Of a stretch of 37,474 nucleotides of DNA, positions 1 to 11,229 are shown piece after piece. The first letter of the stretch is position 1. Each line of letters opens with the position of its first letter. The notes beneath the pieces were generated by a model. That model ran no database searches, had not been told where the DNA came from, and was given only the letters and a program-made list of their open reading frames with translations. The translations under genes were made by a program, and so were the position numbers. This DNA is from Octopus bimaculoides (lineage: Eukaryota): NCBI RefSeq assembly GCF_001194135.2, contig NC_068999.1, forward strand, positions 9,888,826 to 9,926,299. The letters run 5' to 3'.

Positions 1-239
1 TATATATATATACACACACATGAATAAATGGTTACAATGTTATGACTTTTTGTAGCCAAAAGAATGCAACTTAAAAAAAAAAAATTGTGTTAAGTTTTTA
101 GCTGGCATTTCAAAATTTCGTGCTTATTAACCTTTCATCGAGAAGCGTTAGTTTAAAGTCGTTATCGGTGAATATATTTGCCCTCGAGTGTCTGTATGTA
201 AACTGTTGTTCTTTGTATATGTGTACGCGCGCGCGCACG

Positions 240-272
<33 letters not shown>

Positions 273-469
273 TCACATATTGGAGTGGTTTGGATTGCCC
301 ATATTTTGTTCGCTTCAGGAGTAAAGGCCTCAGCGCGTTCTCTCCAGCAACCACGGTCTCATGTGCGAACAGTAAATTCCAACTTGTGATCATATTGGTT
401 TGATAAACCTATTCTGCTACACTGACTCAACATAGCAGCGGGACCTGATTCTTTTTCTATATACTCATA

Positions 470-590
470 ACCAGGTGTAATTAAATACATATTAGTACTG
501 AACTGGAACTTATTTTATCGATGCCGAAAGAAAGAAAGGCTAAGTCGATATCGACGGAATTTGACGTCAGAACGTAGCGACGCACGAACT
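470..590 (-). mobile_element. Degenerate SINE fragment (family A: ...gttcaaattccgccgaggtcgactttgcctttcatcc...)
   Basis: ttattttatcgatgccgaaagaaagaaaggctaagtcgatatcgacggaatttgacgtcagaacgtagcgac aligns with the cleaner in-window copy at 28448-28663. Confidence 0.7.
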
Positions 591-600
591 ATTTATATAC

Positions 601-790
601 ATGGCCTAAGAGTGAGGTATGTTGCACTTAAGATTGTGAAATCGTGATTTCGATTCCTAGAGCGGCTGCGCATTATGGTCTTTAGCGTAAGACTTCGTTT
701 CATGCTGCCCTGGTTCCCTCAGCTGTAGTTGGGTAACCCTGCGACGGACTAGCCTTCCCATTGCAGTGATAGTTGGCCTGCTCCTCTTGC
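601..790 (+). mobile_element. Old tRNA-derived SINE with conserved central motif
   Basis: A-box-like tggcctaagagtg, B-box-like tttcgattcc, then ggtaaccctgcgacggactagccttccc, resembling the gcgatggactggcgtccc motif at 11490-11510. Confidence 0.55.
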
Positions 791-968
791 CACTGTGTTG
801 GCACCATTCGAAATATAAAGTGCATTGTGAGTAGCGATGTATAGAAATATCCGAATGTCTGGTTGACCACGTGGTCGCGTGATGTATATATACATGCTGA
901 TATGTACATAAATGTGCTTTTTTAATGTATATCTATGTATCTCCGTAGCTATAGAAACATACACATAC

Positions 969-1045
<77 letters not shown>
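969..1045 (+). repeat. (TCTA)n microsatellite
   Basis: Direct reading; it abuts the truncated end of the mariner. Confidence 0.97.
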
Positions 1046-1579
1046 GAGGTGCCGGTGTTTCGCCTTTCCCTACCCACTGCCTTCGGTGCCTGACATATTT
1101 ATAGAGACCTAATTTCTCGTCACCTGTCTCTTCGGGCCAAAAAAGCTTCATTCGTAAGACCTGAGGACAAAAATGAGCACACATTCATTCCCTGCGCACG
1201 ATTTGACTCGGATTTGACTCGATTTGACGAACACATTGACCCGATTTGCTGACTTTCCGATGACATGCATGTGTCGATGTATGGTTGAATGACCAACTCC
1301 AAGTTTCTCTACTAGTTCCTCAACAGTTACGATGGGATTTTCTTCCCGCCGGGTTTGCAGGACGTCCTCGTTGAGCTCTACAGATCTTCCAGGACGTGGC
1401 TCATCTTCTAGCCTGTAGCTTCCGGCTCAGAATTTGTGGGACCACCGTTGACCTTGGATTACGCTTATTGTCCGATCACCATGTAATGCATTAATATACC
1501 TCGCACTTTCCGTTGAGCTGTTACCTTTATTAAACTGATAAAGCAAAATATGCCGAATATGCTCCTTTGTCACTTCCAT
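1046..1579 (-). pseudogene. Mariner transposase pseudogene (N-terminal half)
   Basis: In-frame TGA after ...WSHKF, frameshifts, and a small GATTTGACTCG duplication at about 1200-1230 where the WVPH motif is expected. Confidence 0.88.
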
Positions 1580-1763
1580 TGCAGCTTTGAAAAATAACCG
1601 TTAAAATCGAACTGCACTCTTCAAATCTTGCACTAAGAATGAGAGCAAGGTAAAATTACTACCCGCATTTAAAGCAAGTTGATACATCTAGTTTATCCCG
1701 TCCTCTCCAGCTTTTTGTTCATGCAATTGGAAAAAAAAACGAATTATTTATGGGATGACCCAA
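1046..1763 (-). mobile_element. Decayed mariner transposon, 3'-truncated
   Basis: 5' TIR ttgggtcatcccataaataattcg next to a TA at 1764-1765. From ATG 1579 the minus strand reads MEVTKEHIRHILLYQFNKGNSSTESARYINALHGDRTISVIQGQRWSHKF*AGSYRLEDEPRPGRSVELNEDVLQ...TVEELVEKLGVGHSTIHRH, then frameshifted ESNRAQGMNVCSFL..LTNEAFL and TGDEK/RQWVGKGETPAP. This is the mariner HTH region plus the first catalytic Asp motif. Confidence 0.93.
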
Positions 1764-1975
1764 TATATATATACATATATAATGTACGCCTGTATACATG
1801 TATAATTTATATGTATGTGTGTAGCCTCAATGCTGCATTCCGGATATCATCGATAACTATCGATTGCCTTAGTCCTCTCAATCTGCCGGTTTCCATCCTT
1901 ACGTTTTCATTTAAAACTTACACAGATACGCCGACACACAGAAGTTGAGAACAAAACATAAGAGAAGCAACAAGA

Positions 1976-2288
1976 AATAAGAGCACTCAGAGAGCGCAAA
2001 CCTCCGCCAAGGCAACACCAACGTCATCTCAATGATTAGCCAGAGATGACTTTTAAAATGAGAATATCTGAAATAAACTTGACTGGTCTCACAAAGAGAA
2101 TACTAAAAAGATTTAAAAAAAAACGGAAAATTAATCCAGAATCCTTGTCCGGATCGGATCGATCCCAAAATCTAATCAGTCTATGCCAGTTACGATGTCA
2201 AACATCCCTGAAAGTTTCACCTGAATCCATTCGACTGAAAACAACACGACTGAAAACAACACTTCCGCTTTCTGTAAGGCAGGGGTAA
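1976..2288 (+). mobile_element. Non-autonomous DINE-1/HINE (Helentron-associated)-like element
   Basis: 5' aataagagcactcagagagcgcaaacctccgccaaggc; degenerate 3' hairpin acttccgcttt-ctgt-aaggcaggggt (2261-2286) whose left arm repeats the subterminal cctccgcc motif; cgactgaaaacaaca duplicated at 2232-2261. Confidence 0.65.
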
Positions 2289-3640
2289 TGATCCTCTTTA
2301 CACTTAAGGAATTGTAATACAGATACAGATTTGCATTGAAGAAAACTCTATAGTTGATGCTGAAATTCCATTGAAGAAGCTTTGGATTGAGATTAGAAAC
2401 TAACTCTTCATTGGCAAGAAATCTTGAAATAAAACTGTATAATGGCATACATACGTTCGTACATATATACATACACAACATTTTTCAGCAATGTAGATAC
2501 AGTAGTTGTAGTAATGAATTGAATTATTTAACAGTAGTATATTCTTTTTTATTAATCTTAATTAATAAATATCTAACAAATCCAAAACGTAAAATGTAAT
2601 TAAAATGTTCAAAATCCCTACATTTGTTTGAAATACTTATTCAGTATGAAATCAAAAGCTTTGGATTCTAGTGTCCTAGAGTTATATTCTAGAGATAAAT
2701 CCTAAATTCTTGAGCTAAATGCCTCTTCTCATAAAACAACTGATATGATATTCGACGCAACAATGTGCAACACGTTTTGCAATGTACGATGGAGTACAAT
2801 AAAAAAAAACTAATAAATAAAAATGTTAGATGAAACGTCTACCAGAATTTAATTCCAATCTTATAAATTCTGTGTTCAAATGCCGGCAGAATCGAACGTC
2901 TTTTCATCATCTCAGGCTAGTTAAAAAATATAAAATGAGAAAAAATACTCAAAATTAACAGTGTCAGTTATTTGTACAATGAAGACGAATAAAGGTAAAT
3001 TAAATAACATACGATATAAATGTGTAATTTATTGAAATTATCTCAAGAAAGGGTAGTAATATCGATTGGTGGGGATTGTTAGCAAAAGCAAAGGTGATAC
3101 CAACTGCAAAAGCGAAGGTGATATAATCTCAGAAATAAAGAATGATCTTAAATTTGACATGTGTTTTAAGGAAAAGACTGTTTGATGTCTGATGAGTAGA
3201 AAACAGTTATGATCATGTTTCTACCTCAATAGGTGTCTTCAGCATTATCTCTCATTGTCAGAAAGACACACCGTCTATTTACAGGTATTGGTTTGACATA
3301 TTGAGTGCTCTGGCGCCAAAATAAGAAATTATTGTCATATAAATGAACTGCTTTATTTTTAATGCTTATAACTAATCCAAGGATATAATAAAAAAGATTT
3401 AAAGTATTTTCATTGTTTGAATGTCTTATTTTTATTTCAACCATAATCTATTTAACTTCTTTTGTTAATTACATTTTAGCATTTTTATTTACTTTATCAT
3501 TTTGTACTTTACGCTACTTCATATTTGTTTTCTATGGTATGTTATTACATATAAATATTCGACAATATAATAGCGCTACTCTCTAAACAAGTACGAAAAG
3601 TACCAGTTTCCAAGTAGTCGACTTCATTTTTATCCACGTC

Positions 3641-4106
3641 NNNNNNNNNNNNNNNNNNNNNNNNNNNNNNNNNNNNNNNNNNNNNNNNNNNNNNNNNNNN
3701 NNNNNNNNNNNNNNNNNNNNNNNNNNNNNNNNNNNNNNNNNNNNNNNNNNNNNNNNNNNNNNNNNNNNNNNNNNNNNNNNNNNNNNNNNNNNNNNNNNNN
3801 NNNNNNNNNNNNNNNNNNNNNNNNNNNNNNNNNNNNNNNNNNNNNNNNNNNNNNNNNNNNNNNNNNNNNNNNNNNNNNNNNNNNNNNNNNNNNNNNNNNN
3901 NNNNNNNNNNNNNNNNNNNNNNNNNNNNNNNNNNNNNNNNNNNNNNNNNNNNNNNNNNNNNNNNNNNNNNNNNNNNNNNNNNNNNNNNNNNNNNNNNNNN
4001 NNNNNNNNNNNNNNNNNNNNNNNNNNNNNNNNNNNNNNNNNNNNNNNNNNNNNNNNNNNNNNNNNNNNNNNNNNNNNNNNNNNNNNNNNNNNNNNNNNNN
4101 NNNNNN
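3641..4106. other. Assembly gap (one of 15: also 5303-5472, 6176-6314, 12926-13208, 15973-15982, 20074-20874, 21798-22062, 23747-23909, 27599-27608, 28246-28255, 30155-30856, 31314-32045, 32714-32723, 34817-35184, 35871-36587)
   Basis: Runs of N, mostly bordered by (TA)n or (CA)n tracts. Confidence 0.99.
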
Positions 4107-4140
<34 letters not shown>

Positions 4141-4145
4141 GTGTA

Positions 4146-4247
4146 TACGAGGGGCTTCTTTCAGTTTCCGTCTACCAAATCCACTTACGAGGCTTTGGTC
4201 GGCCCGAGGCTATAGTAGAAGAGACTTGCCCAAGGTGCCACGCAGTG
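4146..4247 (-). mobile_element. SINE family B, 3' part
   Basis: gggcttctttcagtttccgtctaccaaatccac...ggctttggtcggcccgaggctatagtagaagagacttgcccaaggtgccacgcag is the reverse complement of the copy at 4683-4835. Confidence 0.88.
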
Positions 4248-4682
4248 TATGTATAAATGTGTTTATGTATATATAATTCCTCGTGATACCTGTTGCACGT
4301 GAGTGTTTGTACATATGTATATGTATAGGCATCTATTCATGCATGATACACTCTAAACCAAACAAGAAAATCTTAACTGCAAGCTTCGAAAGTATTATGT
4401 TGTATATTACAGTTGGTAGATCTAACAAACGTAACACAATTGATGAAAATCATTTGGAGCGAAAACAAATATAAGATGCTAATTCCGTCTCATAGGTTTT
4501 CGAGATCCTGTTTTTATTCTCGTTGTTTAGCGACCTAACACTCCTCAACACTTGGATATTGGTGATCTCGTCTTCCCTTTTACGTCAGTTATATATAAGG
4601 ATTTTGATGTAGTATATTTCAGTGTGTCCGCCTATTTAATTAAACTGCAAAGATAAAGATTTGACAGATATTTCGCTGATAT

Positions 4683-4835
4683 TAAGAACTTTGCTTCCAG
4701 TTTATATAGTTTCGGGTTCAGTTCCAAGGCGTGGCACCTCTTGCAAGTGTCTTGTACTATTGCTCCGAATCGACCAAAGCCTTTTAGTGCAATTGGACTT
4801 GATAGGTGGAAATTGAAAAGACGCCTGTCGTATAT
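4683..4835 (+). mobile_element. SINE family B, degenerate copy
   Basis: gggttcagttccaaggcgtggcacctcttgcaagtgtcttgtactattgctccgaatcgaccaaagcc...ggaaattgaaaagacgcctgtcgtata; an inverted copy of 4146-4247. Confidence 0.8.
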
Positions 4836-4934
4836 AGATGCGCATATTTATCTATGCGTATGTGTTCGTGTTTACGCTTGTCCTGCACAAAAGCCTGACA
4901 AGCAATGTTGGTCTCTTCTAATTGCGATAAACAA

Positions 4935-5055
4935 ACCAGTAAGATGCGTAGCAGTCTTAAAAAATTTATTTGGGGGTTAATTTGTCTGGCTAAACCATTC
5001 AAAGCGGTGCTACAGTATGCCCACAATCTAAAGACCGAAAGAAATAAAAGATAAA
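4935..5055 (+). mobile_element. SINE 3' tail fragment
   Basis: ctaaaccattcaaagcggtgctacagtatgcccacaatctaaagaccgaaagaaataaaagataaaa; a related tail lies at about 10605-10655 (ccagccactggctgaaactagtaaaggaattaaag). Confidence 0.5.
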
Positions 5056-6109
5056 ACCCATGAAATAAAATATGGCGGGTGAAGAGATCCTTACACTTTC
5101 GGAACACTGTTGCTGCTAACTCAGCAACAATAAGTCACAGAATAAAAAACATCTATTTTCTTATATTTAATTGTTGATGTTATGATTTTATTTGCTCCAT
5201 GTATCCAGACCTTGTGGACACCGTGTATATCCATAATGCTTGTTTCATGTGTAAATGAACTTAAACACTTGACGTCGTATACGCATATGTTTTATATGTA
5301 TANNNNNNNNNNNNNNNNNNNNNNNNNNNNNNNNNNNNNNNNNNNNNNNNNNNNNNNNNNNNNNNNNNNNNNNNNNNNNNNNNNNNNNNNNNNNNNNNNN
5401 NNNNNNNNNNNNNNNNNNNNNNNNNNNNNNNNNNNNNNNNNNNNNNNNNNNNNNNNNNNNNNNNNNNNNNNNTATATATATATATATGCACACATACATA
5501 CATATATATATATATACATGCATACAATTATATACGTATGTATATATATATATGTGCACACATAAATATGAATACTTAGTAATATATATATATGTACGTA
5601 CGGATGTTTCTATGTGGCCTGCTTGCTTGTTGCACCTTGTTTACCATTTTGTCCTAGTTCTTTTGCCACCTCATGTACCCAGTTATGTATCTATATGTAC
5701 ATGTAGATGAACGTATATACATACATGTACATATATATGCATATACTCATATATTGCTTGTATAAGTATATATACATATATATATGTATGCCTTTATGTA
5801 TGTATATATCTATATATATGTGTGCAGGCGTATCTATGTGTGTGTGTATCATACAGTTATTCAGTTTTCGCATTCATTTATCTCATACACAAATTACTTA
5901 TTCCGTCATTCCCTGATATGCACCCATATTTCCATAAGCTCTTTCGTAGCTCGTTACACCTATCCACCTAAACTTACTTATAGTGATTCTCCCTTTTACG
6001 TACAAATTCATGCAAAATATCGGCATGTAGTTTCGAAGATAATTTCGCAGCTTCCATAGTATAGATGTTTTTTGTGCGTGTGTGTTAGTGAGTGTAATTA
6101 CTCACATAC

Positions 6110-6175
<66 letters not shown>

Positions 6176-6314
6176 NNNNNNNNNNNNNNNNNNNNNNNNN
6201 NNNNNNNNNNNNNNNNNNNNNNNNNNNNNNNNNNNNNNNNNNNNNNNNNNNNNNNNNNNNNNNNNNNNNNNNNNNNNNNNNNNNNNNNNNNNNNNNNNNN
6301 NNNNNNNNNNNNNN

Positions 6315-6354
<40 letters not shown>

Positions 6355-6889
6355 TGTGTGTGTGTGTGTGTTTATGATGTATTTGCATGCATGTATGAAT
6401 ATACTTCTTAGAAATGCTTTCATATACAAGCATTTATCTATTCACTCCCTGCCGCACACTTACATATCACCACATTTACTCACATACATACTAACATCCT
6501 AAAAGCTCCTTACACACGCTTTCACACGCATATGCAAACGCAATCTCACATATACTCTCCTCCCGTCTCTCTCACTTTTTCTCTCTTCCACCTCTCTCTC
6601 TGTCTCTCTCTCTCGAATACGCAATACACAGACATACATTTTACTCAAACTCGCGCATACTAACGTTAACACATGCACTTGTACCCACGTTCATATCACC
6701 AAGCAAACATATACATATATACATAATGCACGAATTCACATGGTAATAATATCTGGAGCTATATTGATTAGTGTTTGCAAATCTATTGAAATCCAAGTTT
6801 GGGCCTATGTGATAATGGATTGCATAATGGCGAAATCTGTAGTCACGTACCGTTAGAGAGATGGCATTAGGGTATTGTAACTATCACGC

Positions 6890-8775
6890 TTGTGTGTCTG
6901 TTGACTTCTAGAATATGGACAGAGATAAACAGCTCATGTCTTTCTATATCACATTTTTGTTTGGGGTAGAGGTGTGTTTTTGTTTTTATTTTGTCTTCAT
7001 AATATGGCGAGAGATTCGACTCACTACATCACTATTATCTCCGACACATCCGTACAGGAGGCGAAGAAGACACTATACGTTCTTTCAGCCTGATATTTTC
7101 TTACATGTGGAATATGAGAGAAATAAACAGTATGTCTTCTTACATTTCAGAGACGCAAAGGTTTAATATACAACAGAAAGGGATTCAACTCACCACATCA
7201 CTATTATTTTATGTTAGATTCATAAATAATAGTGACGCCAAATAGGAGCCAAAGGAGTATCTGCATGAAGGAGCAGCTTCTTATTTCCTGACTTCTGCAA
7301 TATTGCTACAGCGACGCAGCGTATTTTACTTCTGTTGCTGGGGTGCAGACGTTAAATACAATATAAAGATGGATTCAGATAACGAAGTCATTACTATCTC
7401 GACACTCCCTCACAGGAGCCGAAGGGACTCCAATACGTTCGATCAGCTCGATAATTTCTGAATTCTGGAATGTGGACAGATAAACACTATATTTTCTTCT
7501 ATTTCTAGAGAGTAGTTGTTTAATATAATACGGTGAAGGTTTCGGGCGAGAAACTCACATACGAGCCGAAAGAATCCTGTGTAAAATAAATGAACGGAGT
7601 ATTAAACTATGTGTACAAGTATGCGAGTTTGCGTATCGAAGTGGTTTCTACAGATACCTTCTTTTGTTACTGGGTGGGGGAACAGAGGTTTAATAAAATA
7701 TGGAGTGCACCACAACTGTTATAATGACGCACTCATCCAGGAGCCAATGGAACCATTTCTGATAGATCGAAGTATTAACATTTGAATGTATCTATGCGCG
7801 TATACGAGCCAATATAATTGCAAGTGCTATTTTCTTCTGTTCCTGAGAGGACAGGCTGTCGATACGAGGGGGTACTAAAATGTAACAGGAAACGTTCTCT
7901 GTGGGGAAAGCCCGTTGTAGTTCAGGCTTTTGCCGCTAGAAGCCACTTGATGTAACCATCAGGCATCAGGCATCAGTCTACCGACCTGTATTGTCTGGTC
8001 TTGGTCGTAATGTCACGTGGTGTGTCTTTGAAACGAAGGAACAGCGTGCTTCCGTGAAATTCTGCTTTCTGCTGGGGTAAACGGCCCCCGAGTTGTCGCA
8101 CTTCAAACAGCTTACAAGGACGCTACCATGAACGAGATATATCTTTATGAGTGTTTTTTTTTTACGCTTTAGGAATGGTCACTTGTCGCTTGAAGACCAA
8201 TTTTGTTCAGGGCAACTGTCAACCTCCCGAACGAATGAAGACATTACGAAAATTCATGAACTGATCTTGGAGGAACAATTAACGTCGCCGAACAATTAAC
8301 GAACTTTGGTGGTGTGTTATGGTGTTCCTGCCTACTAATTTTGAGCAAAATTTGTGCCTCGCTTGCTCACGGACGATCAAAACCAGTCACGACTGAATGC
8401 TTTACAATTCTTACATCGCAGGAGTTCCAGAACTGCTTCGAACAGGGGATAACGCACCTGGACCCATGCATTATTTCAAAGAGAACAGTGTAAACCTGGA
8501 AAACTAAGTGAATAAAATAATATTGCAAAATTTCGGTTTCTTTTGTGTATCCCCTCATATTGTGTAAAAAGCACTTATTTCAACACATCACTATAATCTA
8601 AAATGACCCTCTATAGGAGCCCAGAAATGCTGATATCAGTCGATGAGTAAATGGTTTCTTACTTCTAATGAGATTATGGAGAAGAATTAAACAAATTATT
8701 TCTTCCCTTTACGAAGGGGGCACGATTTATATATTATGGTACGAGGATGGATTTGTCTCATTACATCACTTTTGT
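6890..8775 (+). repeat. Degenerate tandem array, about 150-190 bp unit, at least 6-7 copies, interrupted by mariner
   Basis: Recurrent anchors catcacta(t)tat (7027, 7196, 8586, 8764) and (c/t)a(g/c)gagcc-like (7055, 7243, 7413, 7560, 7738, 8614). Copies starting near 7010 and 7370 align over their full length by eye. Confidence 0.8.
7865..8557 (+). mobile_element. Internally deleted mariner (Hsmar2/irritans-like CGAGGG termini)
   Basis: TA-CGAGGGGGTACTAAAA...ttttgtgtatcccctca-TA (imperfect TIRs, TA TSD). Frameshifted translation: KEQRASVKFCFLLG*TAPE / LQTAYKDATMNE / RFRNGHLSLEDQFCSGQLSTSRTNEDITKIHELILE / AKFVPRLLTDDQ, then a jump to the C-terminal QEFQNCFEQ..THLDPCIISK. The catalytic DD34D region is missing. 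Confidence 0.92.
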
Positions 8776-9048
8776 TCAGAACACAAGAATAAAAGAAACA
8801 ACGATGGAGGGAAAGTGAAAAAGAAAGTATGTTTATACAATTGCTAGACTTGCTAAAAATAGGCACCAAATCTCCGTCAGATTCCATGTGATGTATTCTT
8901 ATGTGTACTCCTTCAAAATATTGGATAGTCACGGGTGGAATAACTTTAATTCAATCTCATTTGCATTTCGTCTCAACTGGTCACCTGAAGCTAAACTACA
9001 ACAATGGCAACAAAAGTAGCAGGAAAAAAAAATAACAGAAACAACAAC

Positions 9049-9049
9049 G

Positions 9050-9107
<58 letters not shown>

Positions 9108-9193
9108 TACTACTACCACCACTACCATCACCACCACCACCACCACTACTACTACTAATGCTGCTGCTGCTGCTGCTACTACTACTACTACGG

Positions 9194-9257
<64 letters not shown>

Positions 9258-9290
9258 ATCGAGTACAATAACAACTACAACAACAATTGT
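9049..9290 (+). repeat. Compound trinucleotide microsatellite (TAC/CAC/GCT/AAC)
   Basis: Direct reading. Confidence 0.97.
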
Positions 9291-9517
9291 TGAATAGATT
9301 TAATTTCAAGGAAAATATTTCACTCTTAAATATGAAGTTAATAAGGACGAAAAAGTTGTGTAACTAATTAAGCAACCACAATAGCATTACATCAATAGCA
9401 ACAACAACAACAACAACAACATTACAGCAATAACAACAACATCAACAGTAACTCAGCAACAACAACATAGCCATATACAAACGAATTAAAGTCTACATTG
9501 TCGATCAATAACCCAGA

Positions 9518-9690
9518 GTTAGAAATAGCCGCCAAATCTCTTTCATGCATTACATTCTAAAGATGCAGGACAGAAACAACCAGGGCTCCCTTGCCCAGCA
9601 AAAGACGACTTTGTCACGGTCGGATTGCTTTTGCTCAAGGATATTCTCAATCAGCGTACGTCATCGGGGCAGCAGGAAAAACAACATAAG
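9518..9690 (+). mobile_element. Interspersed repeat family D (gttagaaatagc(a/c)gccaaatctc...)
   Basis: Related reverse copies at about 11230-11375, 24200-24350 (ctggctgctatttctaac) and 25495-25575; class uncertain. Confidence 0.5.
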
Positions 9691-9707
9691 CATTGTACAC
9701 AAAAAAG

Positions 9708-9959
9708 CAATTTAATCGGAGCACTCCACAGACAGGCGTATCCTTAACATAGTTCTCAGGGAGATTCAGCGTGACATAGAATGTGACAAGGCTGGTCATT
9801 TGACATATAGGTACAACTCTTTCTTGCCAGATGTGTGGACGGGAACAACGTGAAATAAAGTGTCTTGCTGAAGGATACAACGAGTCGCCGGAAATCGAAC
9901 CCACAACCTTACGATCGTGAGCCGTGAGCCGAATGCCCCTAACCACTAAGCCACGCGCC
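9708..9959 (-). mobile_element. tRNA-derived SINE family C
   Basis: On the minus strand: A box TGGCTTAGTGG (9953-9943), B box GGTTCGATTTCC, then cagcaagacactttatttcacgttg; homologous to 14407-14645. Confidence 0.92.
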
Positions 9960-10854
9960 TTTTTGCGAGCACGGAGAGCACACACATGCACACACATGTA
10001 TGGATGGATCACACTAAATGCTTATATACAGTTGAAGGGAAAGTTATTGTAGTGCTTATATTAAAAAATATGACATGTATTGGAGGGAGAAAAACAATTG
10101 TCCTGGCAACGGATAACGAAGATTTTGGCCTTTTGGGGCTTTTTTCAATGACGTTTACTCAGAACCAGCCACATAAAGTGACGAGATCTGTCAAATCCAA
10201 AAAACAAAAAACAGTGACCGTTACATTCACTGGTGCTGCGAACAGCAGCCAAGCTAAATAATAACCTGGTGTACGTAGATAAAGTTGCATTAAATTAAAA
10301 TAGTCATCTATGTAGCATACTTAATGTATATACTCCATTTCCAGGTAAGTTACAACGGTTTTCGTTCGAGAAAAAGTGTCTCTTATTTATGTGCTGCGTT
10401 TAAAAATATGATACATCGTAGGGAAACGAAACATCATCTAGAGAATACCGGACGAATTTCGGCCCAATATTTCGGCCTTTTGCAAGGACAAACGTGTACT
10501 TACAGCCAACCGCAAGACCAGAAAAGATCTGTCGCCTCCGACTTAGGAAACAGTGAATTATACACCACATTATAAATATATTTATACACACACACACATG
10601 TATATGTGTTCCAGCCACTGGCTGAAACTAGTAAAGGAATTAAAGAATATATATACATATATACATAAATTATTGACTCCTCGACCCCCATCACAGCAAT
10701 GAAGAGGTGAAATGGCAACGTTTTGGTACTTCATTGTCCAATGCAAGGATATGTGACACACGGCTGAAATTTATATCTTGGAGGCCATGAGATCACCATT
10801 AGTGTTGTCTTTCGAAATCTATATGAATTCGTGTCTTTGTGTCTTTGTGTGTAA

Positions 10855-10940
10855 GAGAAAGCGGGAGAGGGAGGAGGAGAAAGAGAGGGAGAGAGAGGGG
10901 GAGAGTTAGAAGGGGAGAGGGAGAGAGAAATGGAGGGAGT
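10855..10940 (+). repeat. GA-rich low-complexity tract (similar tracts at 12500-12590 and 35380-35495)
   Basis: Direct reading. Confidence 0.9.
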
Positions 10941-11229
10941 GATTGTAACGTTTGTCTGGCGGCTGGAGGGAGGATCAGAAACTGGGCGTTCGATATCCTT
11001 TCGATTCATATTTACCGGAGCTTCTATTTCATCATCTTTTTCAATTTTTAGTTTTAGTTTTGTATAAGTAAAATGTACACCAGGTCTTTAATTGAATTGA
11101 CCATAAAGACTTACAGATTGTCAATTTGATCATTATAACCTTGTTGCTTGGTGTTGCTTTTTAGCTGCATATAATCATTAATCAAACGAATCTGCTACGG
11201 TCTGTTTAATAAGTTTGATATGGGAGAAG

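Noticed and set aside
5108-5129. 8-bp hairpin TGTTGCTG/CAGCAACA
   Set aside because: It is short enough to arise by chance in 37 kb and has no associated element.
6890-8775. CRISPR-like interpretation of the spaced recurrent motifs
   Set aside because: The DNA is eukaryotic, the whole units are homologous (no unique spacers), the motifs are highly degenerate, and there are no cas genes.
8929-9309. Poly-Ser/Thr/Tyr ORFs
   Set aside because: They are translations of a (TAC)n/(CAC)n compound microsatellite.
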